A stretch of 36,527 bases of DNA from positions 1-36,527 of the IMG/VR virus record IMGVR_UViG_3300005764_000039, one strand, 5' to 3'. The position numbers and the translations under genes were made by a program. The notes below the pieces were generated by a model. The model did no database searches, had not been told where the DNA came from, and worked only from the letters and a program-made list of their open reading frames with translations. This DNA comes from a virus (taxonomy: Duplodnaviria > Caudoviricetes). Positions 15,932-23,925 of the stretch are shown here, piece after piece (position 1 is the stretch's first letter; every line of letters begins with the position of its first letter).

Positions 15932-16570
15932 TCAGGCGGCCGGCGGTGCCCCCGACGGCGTCGGCACCGCGGTCTCCTCCGTCGGGACCGCGACGATGAA
16001 CCAGCCCGTGGCCGCCGTCCAAACGCTCTTGACCTCGAAGGCCTTGCCCTCGCCCTCGCCGCCCTCGGGAGGTGGAATGACGATGGGATGCTCAGGACTC
16101 CCCGGCTGCCCTGGCGGCATCGGAATCACGATCGGATGGGTCGGCACGCCGGGGCTCGGCCAGATCGTCGGCGGCTGCCCGCCGCCACCGGGAGGCGCCG
16201 GAAAACCGGGATAGCCGCCGACCGGCGGGATGCCGCCCGGCGGGCTTGGCCAAATGACCGGTGGCGAGCCGCCGCCGCCCGGAGGCGCCGGGAAGCCCGG
16301 ATAGCCGCCGACCGGTGGAATCCCACCCGGCGGGCTCGGCCAAATCACCGGCGGACTGCCGCCACCTGCCGGCGGCAGATGGATCGGCGGCTGCGGCCAT
16401 GGACCCGGCGGGCCGGAAACCACGGGCGGATAATAAATCGGCGGCGTGACCACGCCGGCCGGCGGCCAGATGCCCGGCGGCGAGCCGCCACCAGCGGGCG
16501 GCAGGATCGGACCGCCGCCGATCTCGGGCAGGTATGCTTTGCCGACGATGACGACATCGAGCATAGGCAT
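15932..16570 (-). CDS. Proline/glycine-rich repeat protein
   Basis: SD AAGGGAG. IWP/PI repeats, a short beta-like N-terminus and a FEVKSVWTAATGWFIVAVP C-terminus. Confidence 0.8.
   Translation of the reverse strand: MPMLDVVIVGKAYLPEIGGGPILPPAGGGSPPGIWPPAGVVTPPIYYPPVVSGPPGPWPQPPIHLPPAGGGSPPVIWPSPPGGIPPVGGYPGFPAPPGGGGSPPVIWPSPPGGIPPVGGYPGFPAPPGGGGQPPTIWPSPGVPTHPIVIPMPPGQPGSPEHPIVIPPPEGGEGEGKAFEVKSVWTAATGWFIVAVPTEETAVPTPSGAPPAA
16191..16366. repeat. 90-bp-period tandem duplication inside the Pro-rich gene
   Basis: 16191-16276 versus 16281-16366: 14 differences in 86 nt, all synonymous. Confidence 0.9.
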
Positions 16571-16742
16571 GGCAGTCTCCCTTGCGGTTCTGAGATTTCA
16601 GTCGGGACGCGGAGGATTGTCGCCCCTGATTCGTGACACCATTGGCGCCGGCCTGCAAGCGGACCAGATCACTTTGCCGGAAAAAGCTCTTCCCTGCTCT
16701 GCCCTTCCCGAGCGAACGAACAGAACTCAGGGACATGGCAGC

Positions 16743-16878
16743 GCGAACACATAAACCCCCCCAGAACATAACTCCCTTTAGGGGGTTATGTTCGGGGGGT
16801 TTTGTTCGCTGGTGCCCCTGAAGGTGGTTTTGTTCGTGTTCGGGGTTTTGTCGGGGTTTTGTTCGGGGGTTTTGTTCG
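16743..16878. repeat. Iteron array plus palindrome; probable replication origin
   Basis: GGTTTTGTTCG at 16798, 16826, 16855 and 16868 (variant at 16844). Palindrome GAACATAAC..GTTATGTTC (16764-16793). Abuts the primase-helicase stop. Confidence 0.75.
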
Positions 16879-16879
16879 C

Positions 16880-18706
16880 TCATTTTTCAATGACCCAGAG
16901 CCAGTCATCGAGCGCGCCAATCGTCCCTTCCTCCTGGGCGCGCACCAGCCAGCGGGAGAGCGCCATGCGCTTGGCATCCTGGGTTTCGCCGGGCATCGCT
17001 TCGCGATAGAAGCGCTCGCGCAGCACGCCGACCTGGACCGCGCGTTGCCGGTGACCGAGGCTGTCGATGAAATCGGCGCCTTCGCTGGCGACGAGGAGCT
17101 TCAGCAGGCTTAGCGCCTTGGCGGTGCGCTCGGCCTTGCGCGGCCGGCCGCCGCGCGCCGGCACAGGCTCGACCGTCGGATCGTCGATCACCCGGCAGCT
17201 CGTGACCTCGATGCCGTCGCTGTCGAGGATCGCGCCGACGACCTCGAGCTGGAAACCTCGAGGGACGCTCTCGGCGTCGTCCTTCGCCTCCTCGATCCGC
17301 CATTGGTGCGCGCCGGTCTCGAGCTTTTCGACCAAGATCAGGGTATCGGCCGCGCCCATCAGCGCCACCGATCCGGCCGGCGTGCCGTTGCCCTTGGTCG
17401 CGTGATGGATGAGGACGACGGCGATGCCGAGATCGGCGATCCGCTGTGCCGCCTGCACATACGCCATCATATGGCTGGAATCGTTGACGTTGCCGGATCC
17501 GAACGAGCGAAAGACCGTGTCGATGATGACCATGACCGGCAGCCGAGCGCGGGTCCGCTGAATCTCCTCGACCCCGGCCAGGATGAGCTCGGGCGCCGGC
17601 CCCCACATATGGCCGCGCTCGTCGATCGGCGCGATCAGATGCGGCCGGCCCGGCATCAGCACGAAGTCGTCGCAGGGGGCGAAGCGCGCCGCCTGGAGTC
17701 GTTTCCAGAATCCGCCATGGCCCTCGCAGGCGATATAGAGCACCGGGCCAGGCTGGCGGATAACATGGCCCATCCAGTCGAGGCCGGCGAGGGCGACGCA
17801 GGTTCCGAGATCGGTGGCGAGGAAGCTCTTGCCCGATTTCGGCTTGCCGTAGATCAGCGTGATCGAGCCTTTGTGCGCGATGCCCCGAACGATGATGTCG
17901 GATGCCGAGGGCGCCGCCATGGCCGCCGCGCCATAGAGCAGGCCGAGCGCCGAGGGGTCGGGCGGGCGGCCGATCCAGAGCGCCTCGAGATCCGCCGCGG
18001 TGCCGCCGCGGGCGATCCAGTCGGAGACATCCTCTTTCGGACCCAAGCCCGGCAGCTCGACGGTGATGACCTCGGCGGCGATGCCGGCGAGCGCGAGGGC
18101 GACCTGGCGGACATGCTTGCGGCCTGGCTCGTCATTGTCCGGCAGCAGGATGCAGCGCCGGCCGCGGAGCGCCTCGGCATAGCTCGGATCGGTCCATTTC
18201 TCAGCGCCCATCGGATTGCAGGTCGCGACCAGGCCGAGCTTGCGCAGGTTTTCGACGTCCTTCTCGCCCTCGCAGAGATAGACCGGATCCGAGCGCTCGC
18301 TGGCGATGAGCTCGGGCAGCCGGTAGATGACCCGGCGCACGCCCTTCAGATCCCAAACATAACCGCCGCGGCCATCGGGCCGGCGCTGGCGAAATTTGTG
18401 GTTCGCCCGGCGCACGACTTCGAACAGCAGCGCGCCTTTTTCGTCGCGATAGGGATAGATGATCTGCGCCGGCGCCGGCTCGGGATCGTCGCCATTGGGC
18501 AAGGGCACGCCCGCCATGCGATAGAGCTCGACCCAGCCGCCTCCGAGGCCGGTCTCGTTATCGAACCAGACGAGCGCGTCGAGATCGAGCGAGCGGGCCT
18601 CCTTCTTGCCGAAGCGGATCTCCCGGCCGCCTTTGTATTTCGCCGTCGGCTGACCCCATTGTCGGATGGCGACGGCCAGGATCTCGTCGCGCGTCGGCGT
18701 CGTCAT
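16880..18706 (-). CDS. Primase-helicase (TOPRIM + RepA/AAA_25)
   Basis: TOPRIM motifs LCEGEKD and LLPDNDEPG; Walker A GKPKSGKS; YIACEG; Walker B VIIDT; LIHHATK. Confidence 0.9.
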   Translation of the reverse strand: MTTPTRDEILAVAIRQWGQPTAKYKGGREIRFGKKEARSLDLDALVWFDNETGLGGGWVELYRMAGVPLPNGDDPEPAPAQIIYPYRDEKGALLFEVVRRANHKFRQRRPDGRGGYVWDLKGVRRVIYRLPELIASERSDPVYLCEGEKDVENLRKLGLVATCNPMGAEKWTDPSYAEALRGRRCILLPDNDEPGRKHVRQVALALAGIAAEVITVELPGLGPKEDVSDWIARGGTAADLEALWIGRPPDPSALGLLYGAAAMAAPSASDIIVRGIAHKGSITLIYGKPKSGKSFLATDLGTCVALAGLDWMGHVIRQPGPVLYIACEGHGGFWKRLQAARFAPCDDFVLMPGRPHLIAPIDERGHMWGPAPELILAGVEEIQRTRARLPVMVIIDTVFRSFGSGNVNDSSHMMAYVQAAQRIADLGIAVVLIHHATKGNGTPAGSVALMGAADTLILVEKLETGAHQWRIEEAKDDAESVPRGFQLEVVGAILDSDGIEVTSCRVIDDPTVEPVPARGGRPRKAERTAKALSLLKLLVASEGADFIDSLGHRQRAVQVGVLRERFYREAMPGETQDAKRMALSRWLVRAQEEGTIGALDDWLWVIEK

Positions 18707-19167
18707 GGCAGCTCTCCCCATCCGCAGGCGTGAGCGACGCAGGCCCAGATCTCGTCGGCGCAGGCGTCCTGATCGCGGCTGATCTCCCGGCCGGTGAAGC
18801 GCAGCACGCGATAGCCCTGCGCGGCGAGGCGCCGGTCGCGGATACGATCGTTCTCGACCTGGAACTTGGTCCGGTTGTGGTAGTCATGGCCGTCGCATTC
18901 GACGATGGTGCCGTCGAGCTTGCAGCGCGGGCCGCGGGCGGCGATCAGGAAGTCGGCCCGGTAATCGAGGATCGTGCGCTGCAGGAAGAGCTGGGCCAGA
19001 CAATGGTCGGGCACCGGCGGCACGGGATGCACCCGGCCGGCGCCGGCGAGAAAGCGCGGATGCTGCACGAGCGCCCAGAACAGGCGTCGCTCGATCGGGC
19101 TCTCGCAGAGGCCTTCGGCGATTGCCGCAAAGGCGTCTAGCGCGTCCTGGCGCCCCTCACTGGCCAC
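18703..19167 (-). CDS. DUF559/Vsr-like endonuclease
   Basis: ESPIE...YRADF...VECDGHDYH...DRIRDRRL...GYRVLRFTGREI. Confidence 0.85.
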   Translation of the reverse strand: MASEGRQDALDAFAAIAEGLCESPIERRLFWALVQHPRFLAGAGRVHPVPPVPDHCLAQLFLQRTILDYRADFLIAARGPRCKLDGTIVECDGHDYHNRTKFQVENDRIRDRRLAAQGYRVLRFTGREISRDQDACADEIWACVAHACGWGELP

Positions 19168-19177
19168 GACGGCGCCG

Positions 19178-19789
19178 TCATTCCGGCGGCGGCGGGCTGC
19201 TGGCGGCGTTCTCCGCTAGTCCGGCTTCATAACCCTTGAGGCCCTCGATCCGGGCCTTGCCGGTGAGGCCGGCGAGCTTGCGCCGGGATTCCCCGGCCTT
19301 GGCGATGTTGTAGCCGAGGACGTAGCTGGCTCGCGGATCGGCCTCGCCGTTGCGGCGCTGCCGGCGCCGGGCGACCGCCGGCGCTTCCGGCGCTGCCTCG
19401 GCGACGGTCTCGCCGGTCAAGAGATTCCAGCCGAGCTGCGTGCCGATCGGCAGCTCCATCAGCCGGGCCATCCGGCTTTGCCAGGCGATCATCCGCTCGA
19501 GATGCGTCGCCTCGAGCCGGGCGGCGCCGATGTACCAGCGGATGGCATCGGGATCGACGCCGACCCGGGCCGCCGCCTTCAGCGTGTCGCGGACCGCCTT
19601 GGTGCTCTGCCTGGCGATCTCCTTGTCGCGCTCGGCGGCGAGCATCTTGTCGCGGACCCGGTCGATATATTCGCGGATCGTCGCGTCGGAAACATTGCCG
19701 CCGACGGCGAGCGGTTGCTTGCGCGGACGGCCGAGGCGCGGTGTATCGCCGTCGCCTTCGATGATCTCGGAACGCGACTTTTTTGCCAT
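19178..19789 (-). CDS. GapR-like (DUF2312-like) DNA-binding protein with extra C-terminal domain
   Basis: IREYIDRV...VRDTLKAAARVGVDPDAIRWYI pattern recalls GapR; start at ATG 19789. Confidence 0.5.
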   Translation of the reverse strand: MAKKSRSEIIEGDGDTPRLGRPRKQPLAVGGNVSDATIREYIDRVRDKMLAAERDKEIARQSTKAVRDTLKAAARVGVDPDAIRWYIGAARLEATHLERMIAWQSRMARLMELPIGTQLGWNLLTGETVAEAAPEAPAVARRRQRRNGEADPRASYVLGYNIAKAGESRRKLAGLTGKARIEGLKGYEAGLAENAASSPPPPE

Positions 19790-20079
19790 GTGGCGTGTTC
19801 CCCGATTGGATTTTGCAGCGGGAGTCGGGCGCGACGGGAGCTTTTGAGCGTCCACTTTGCGCGATCACCATTGGCCCATACGAAGGCCGGCGGCGTCAAT
19901 ATCTCGAGTCGCTTTTCCCGAAAAAAGTCGGTAGCCTCGCCGCTGGATGACCGACGACCGCAGACCCAAGAAGCAGCGGCGCGGTCGATCTGCGATCAGA
20001 AGGAGGCCCGCCATGCAGCTCGCCGATCTGAAGCGGAAGCATCCGACCGCCCCCGAAAGATGATCAGGCTCATCCGACG

Positions 20080-21057
20080 ATGGCGCGCAAACCGACGGTG
20101 GAGAAGGGCGAGCCTGGCCCAGCGCCTCCTGCTGCTGACCCTGTCCGCCGACTAGAGGCCGGCGTTTACCCGGGAATTCCGGCGGACGTCTATCACGCCG
20201 ATCCGGCGCCCGAGCCATCGCTCAGCTCGTCGATCGCGGCGATCCTGCTGCAGCGCTCGCCAGCTCATGCCTGGCACGCCCATCCGCGGCTGAATCCCGA
20301 TTTCGAGCTGACGAACGATCCGAAGTTCGATCTCGGCAAGGCGGCGCACGCCGTCCTGATTGAGAACCGCGAGCCGGTCGGCGTCGAATTCGAGGATTGG
20401 CGGACCAAGCTGGCCCGCGAGCGCCGCGCCGAGATCCTGGCCGCCGGCGGCCTGCCGCTGCTGCTGCCGCAATTTCATCAGGTGCAAGAGATGGTCGCCG
20501 CGGCCCGCCTGCAACTCGCCATGACCGAGGAAGCCGCCGACATCTTCGATGGCGAGGCCGAGGGTGAAACAACCATCGTCTGGTGCGAAAACTGCTGGTG
20601 CCGGATGCGGCCCGATTGGTTGCAGCGTTCGAGCCGCTATTTGATCGACTATAAAACCTGCAACGATGCGAGCTTTCCCGCCATCGCCGGCCATCTCTAT
20701 GCCATCGGCGCCGACCTGCAGAGCGAATTCTACCGCCGCGGCGCCCGGGCAACTTTCGGCGAGGATTTCGAATATCGGTTCGTCTGCCAGGAAATCCGGC
20801 CGCCCTATGCGCTCTCGATCATTGGCCTGTCGCCGCAGGCCCAGGAGCTCGCTCAAGGCGAGGTTGCCCAGGCGCTCGAGATCTGGACCCGTTGCCTGGC
20901 CGAGAATCGCTGGCCCGCCTATCCGGCGCGAACGAGCTGGATCGATGCCCCGGGCTGGATCGCCAAGCAGATGGAGAACGCCGCCATCCAGCGCGATCTC
21001 GATGCCGCCGCCGGCGTCGATGCCTTCGAATTGGCAATTCAACTCTATCGACGATGA
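20080..21057 (+). CDS. RecE/DUF3799-like PD-(D/E)XK exonuclease
   Basis: YHADP..LSSS, LGKAAH, CRMRPDW...LIDYKT, LQSEFY, FVCQEIRPPY. Confidence 0.88.
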   Translation: MARKPTVEKGEPGPAPPAADPVRRLEAGVYPGIPADVYHADPAPEPSLSSSIAAILLQRSPAHAWHAHPRLNPDFELTNDPKFDLGKAAHAVLIENREPVGVEFEDWRTKLARERRAEILAAGGLPLLLPQFHQVQEMVAAARLQLAMTEEAADIFDGEAEGETTIVWCENCWCRMRPDWLQRSSRYLIDYKTCNDASFPAIAGHLYAIGADLQSEFYRRGARATFGEDFEYRFVCQEIRPPYALSIIGLSPQAQELAQGEVAQALEIWTRCLAENRWPAYPARTSWIDAPGWIAKQMENAAIQRDLDAAAGVDAFELAIQLYRR

Positions 21058-22142
21058 AACGCGATTCGCGCTCGCAATTGCCGGCGACCTATGATTCCGC
21101 GCGAGCCGAGCTCGCCGAAACCCGGCGCATCGATGATTGCAAGCTCTGGGCCGACAAGGCAAAGGGTCTGGCAGAGTATGCGCGCCTCGCCGGCGACCTC
21201 GATCTTTTGCACGAAGCAATGCGCGTCCAGGCTGTCGCGGTTCGCCGCGCCGGCGAGCTGCTGCGCGACATCGAGGCAAAACAAACGGGACGGCCACCAG
21301 AAAATAGGGCCGGCCCCGGCCCTATTTCTCGCAAGTCCGCCGCCGATGAGGCCGGCCTCTCCGGACGCCAGCGCAAGGCGGCCATCGCCATCGCCGGCAT
21401 GGAAGCTCGCGAATTCGACCGGCTGATCGAAGCGGTGCCGCCGCCATCTGTCGATGCGCTGACCGCGCTGGTGCGTCTGCCAGAGGACGAGCAGGCACCG
21501 ATCCGCACAGCGATCAAGAGCGGCAAGGCGAAGCAGGCAAAGCAGGACATCAAGAGGGGTCGGCGCAGGAAGCGAGAGAAAGACCTCGGCGAAAAGACGC
21601 GCGCTGCCGCAGCCAAGCTCGGAACGAAAACCTATAACGTGATTGTCATCGATCCGCCCTGGCAGTTCGAAAGCTATAGCGTCGAAACTGGGATGGATCG
21701 AGCCGCGGATAATCATTATCCGACGATGACGATGGCAGAGCTTGCGGCATTGAAATTGCCCGCGGACAAGAATTGCGTCCTGTTCCATTGGACAACCGCG
21801 CCGATGCTCGAGCAGGCGTTGAACCTGACGAGCATCTGGGGATTCAGCTATCGCACGCATTGCGTCTGGCTCAAGACAAAGAATGGCAAGCCGTGGATCG
21901 GCACTGGCTTCTGGCTGCGCAACCGGCACGAAATTTTGCTGATCGCGACCAGGGGCGATATCCCGGCGCCAGCGCCCGGTGACCAGTGGCTGTCGGTTAT
22001 CGAGGCCGACATCGGCGCCCACAGCGAGAAGCCGCAGCACTTCATGGAGCTGATCGAGGAGATATATCCGACCGCCGTCCGGGTCGAGATGTTCGCCCGC
22101 AGGCCGCGACCCGGATGGGATGGCTGGGGCAATGAGGCATAG
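21054..22142 (+). CDS. MT-A70-family N6-adenine methyltransferase with N-terminal helical extension
   Basis: DPPW, HYPTM, LFHWTT, WGFSY, RNRHEILL, HSEKP, EMFARR...GWDGWGNE. ATG 21054 is coupled to the exonuclease stop. Confidence 0.92.
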   Translation: MKRDSRSQLPATYDSARAELAETRRIDDCKLWADKAKGLAEYARLAGDLDLLHEAMRVQAVAVRRAGELLRDIEAKQTGRPPENRAGPGPISRKSAADEAGLSGRQRKAAIAIAGMEAREFDRLIEAVPPPSVDALTALVRLPEDEQAPIRTAIKSGKAKQAKQDIKRGRRRKREKDLGEKTRAAAAKLGTKTYNVIVIDPPWQFESYSVETGMDRAADNHYPTMTMAELAALKLPADKNCVLFHWTTAPMLEQALNLTSIWGFSYRTHCVWLKTKNGKPWIGTGFWLRNRHEILLIATRGDIPAPAPGDQWLSVIEADIGAHSEKPQHFMELIEEIYPTAVRVEMFARRPRPGWDGWGNEA

Positions 22143-22145
22143 GCA

Positions 22146-22364
22146 ATGAAAGTCCTCAACTATAGTTGGCACGATCCGCTGCTCGGCCTTCTCTGGACTG
22201 AGAGCGAAGTCTGCGAGGTTATGCATTGCGCGCGATCGCATGTCCGAAAGGTGTTCGGCGAGCCTGATGCGCTCGGGATTAACCCTCGCGGCGGGTCTTA
22301 TGTCAGGCTCTATGCTCAGTCCCGCGTGCGCCGCGCGCGGCTGGCCGAAGTACGCCGAACATGA
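22146..22364 (+). CDS. Hypothetical protein
   Basis: 72 aa, coupled to the next gene. Confidence 0.55.
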   Translation: MKVLNYSWHDPLLGLLWTESEVCEVMHCARSHVRKVFGEPDALGINPRGGSYVRLYAQSRVRRARLAEVRRT

Positions 22365-22771
22365 CCGACGACGACGACAAAATCACGTTCAACCGCGATC
22401 GAAAATTCGATCTGCAGCTCAGTCAAGCGCTGATCGACGAGCGTCGCCTGGCCGAGATTTTCGAACACGCCAAGATCGAGAAGATCGAGCTTAAAAGTGA
22501 GAGCTACATCTGGGAGCGCAGCGGCAATATCTGCATCGAATACCGATGCGACGGCGAGCCATCGGGCATCGCGACGACGGAGGCCGATTTCTGGATTCAT
22601 GAACTGAAACGCGACGGCGAGACCCTGGTCTATCTGATGCTGCCCGTCGAGCGCCTTAAGGCGCTCTGCCGCGATGCGATCCGCCGCGGTCGTCATGTGA
22701 TCGGCGGCGATGACGACAGATTCGAGAACGTGCTGCTGCGCATCGGCCCGCTCGATGAGCTGCTAAAATGA
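22361..22771 (+). CDS. Phage protein with possible PD-(D/E)XK-like fold
   Basis: KIELKSE...SGNICIEY...PSGIATTEADFW pattern. Confidence 0.6.
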   Translation: MTDDDDKITFNRDRKFDLQLSQALIDERRLAEIFEHAKIEKIELKSESYIWERSGNICIEYRCDGEPSGIATTEADFWIHELKRDGETLVYLMLPVERLKALCRDAIRRGRHVIGGDDDRFENVLLRIGPLDELLK

Positions 22772-22857
22772 ATCTCGAGAATCTCCGCGATCTGTCGTTG
22801 GAGGCGCATATCCGAAACGGCAAAGTCGTGCGCAATCTGCCGGCGCGCCGACCATGA
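22768..22857 (+). CDS. 29-aa peptide
   Basis: ATGA-coupled at both ends (MNLENLRDLSLEAHIRNGKVVRNLPARRP). Confidence 0.35.
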   Translation: MNLENLRDLSLEAHIRNGKVVRNLPARRP

Positions 22858-22883
22858 CCATGCAATTCCGCCCGGCGAAGCGC
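22852..22883 (+). repeat. Direct repeat copy 1 (duplicate of the Sak4-like gene start)
   Basis: ATGCAATTCCGCCCGGCGAAGCGC is exact at 22860-22883 and 23902-23925; 30/32 identical over the extended match. Confidence 0.9.
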
Positions 22884-22885
22884 TA

Positions 22886-23899
22886 ATGCTCTGCGATCAG
22901 GCCCTCGCCGTGACGCTGAACGACATCGTCAAAGGATGGCCGACGCGAACCGAGGCGTTCCATCGCTGGGTTCTCAATACCTTCGAAATGATCTGGCCGA
23001 CATTGAGAACGGCGCAAAAATTTATTCTTGAGGACGATGTCGCACTGACCTGCACGGCGATCTCGCAGAATCGGCCGAGTTCGGTTATGGCGGCGATGAA
23101 ATTTGCCGTCCTGCCCTTCAAGGTCGTTTGGATCGAGTGGACCGGCTTGGCCGGATATGAGGTAATCGCGAATCCCGAGCCTGATATGATCGTCGTGCGC
23201 CGGGTTGGCCTTCTGATCGAGGCCGACAGCGACCTTCGCAGCGGTATCGCCCGCCTGTTTTGGAGCCTGCCGCCGCCATATGACATCGTCCGGATTTCTC
23301 CGCACGGCGCACAGTTCGACTTCACCGATGGCGTGTTCTCGAAATTCGGCCGACCGACGCCGCGGTCAAATACCGAAAGCACGCGGAAGCATTTTCCTCA
23401 TTGGTTTACCAATGCTGCCGACCTCGCAGCCCTGGAACAGATGGATCGACAGGTTCTGCCGCTGTCGATTCGGGAGACCATCGGCGAGGCGGGCCAGTCG
23501 GATTTTACGGCTTGGGATCTGGAGGCGGCACAAAGAATTTCGCGGGCCTCGGATATAAGCTGGCAGAACAAGATCCCGCTCCTGCGAGCCTTCCTCATCA
23601 TGATGAATTGCCACAACGGCACCGAGACCTTCGATGCCGATGTCGCCCGTCAGAATCGAGCGCGGCAGAGATCCGGGCGCCTGCCGCTGTTCGAACACAA
23701 GGTCATTCGTTTGAAGCTGCGCGGCCCCGAGCGCCACGCCCTCGCCGCCAGCAAAGGCGAGCAGACGACGCCGCTGCGCGCTCATCTGGTGCGCGGCCAT
23801 TTCAAGGTCAGGAAGACCGGCGTTTTTTTCTGGTCGCCCTTCGTTCGCGGCGATGCGAAAGCTGGTGTGATCGATCATCGCTATGAGGTTCAGCCGTGA
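22886..23899 (+). CDS. Hypothetical protein with C-terminal RxHxxRGH motif
   Basis: 337 aa; RAHLVRGHFK...FFWSPFVRGD; flanked by direct repeats. Confidence 0.75.
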   Translation: MLCDQALAVTLNDIVKGWPTRTEAFHRWVLNTFEMIWPTLRTAQKFILEDDVALTCTAISQNRPSSVMAAMKFAVLPFKVVWIEWTGLAGYEVIANPEPDMIVVRRVGLLIEADSDLRSGIARLFWSLPPPYDIVRISPHGAQFDFTDGVFSKFGRPTPRSNTESTRKHFPHWFTNAADLAALEQMDRQVLPLSIRETIGEAGQSDFTAWDLEAAQRISRASDISWQNKIPLLRAFLIMMNCHNGTETFDADVARQNRARQRSGRLPLFEHKVIRLKLRGPERHALAASKGEQTTPLRAHLVRGHFKVRKTGVFFWSPFVRGDAKAGVIDHRYEVQP

Positions 23900-23925
23900 C
23901 GATGCAATTCCGCCCGGCGAAGCGC
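23894..23925 (+). repeat. Direct repeat copy 2
   Basis: Matches 22852-22883. Confidence 0.9.

Noticed and set aside
16743-16878. CRISPR array
   Set aside because: Repeats are only ~11 bp with irregular 0-17 bp gaps and no cas genes; they fit iterons better.
17303-18733. Long antisense ORFs (also 4471..5514, 5793..6692, 21045..22241, 29279..30688, 33510..34850)
   Set aside because: Shadows of well-supported genes on the opposite strand in high-GC DNA, with no recognisable motifs.
19947-22372. 12-bp repeat ATGACCGACGAC at 19947 and 22361 as cassette boundaries
   Set aside because: Short, low-complexity and explained by a common MTDD protein start.
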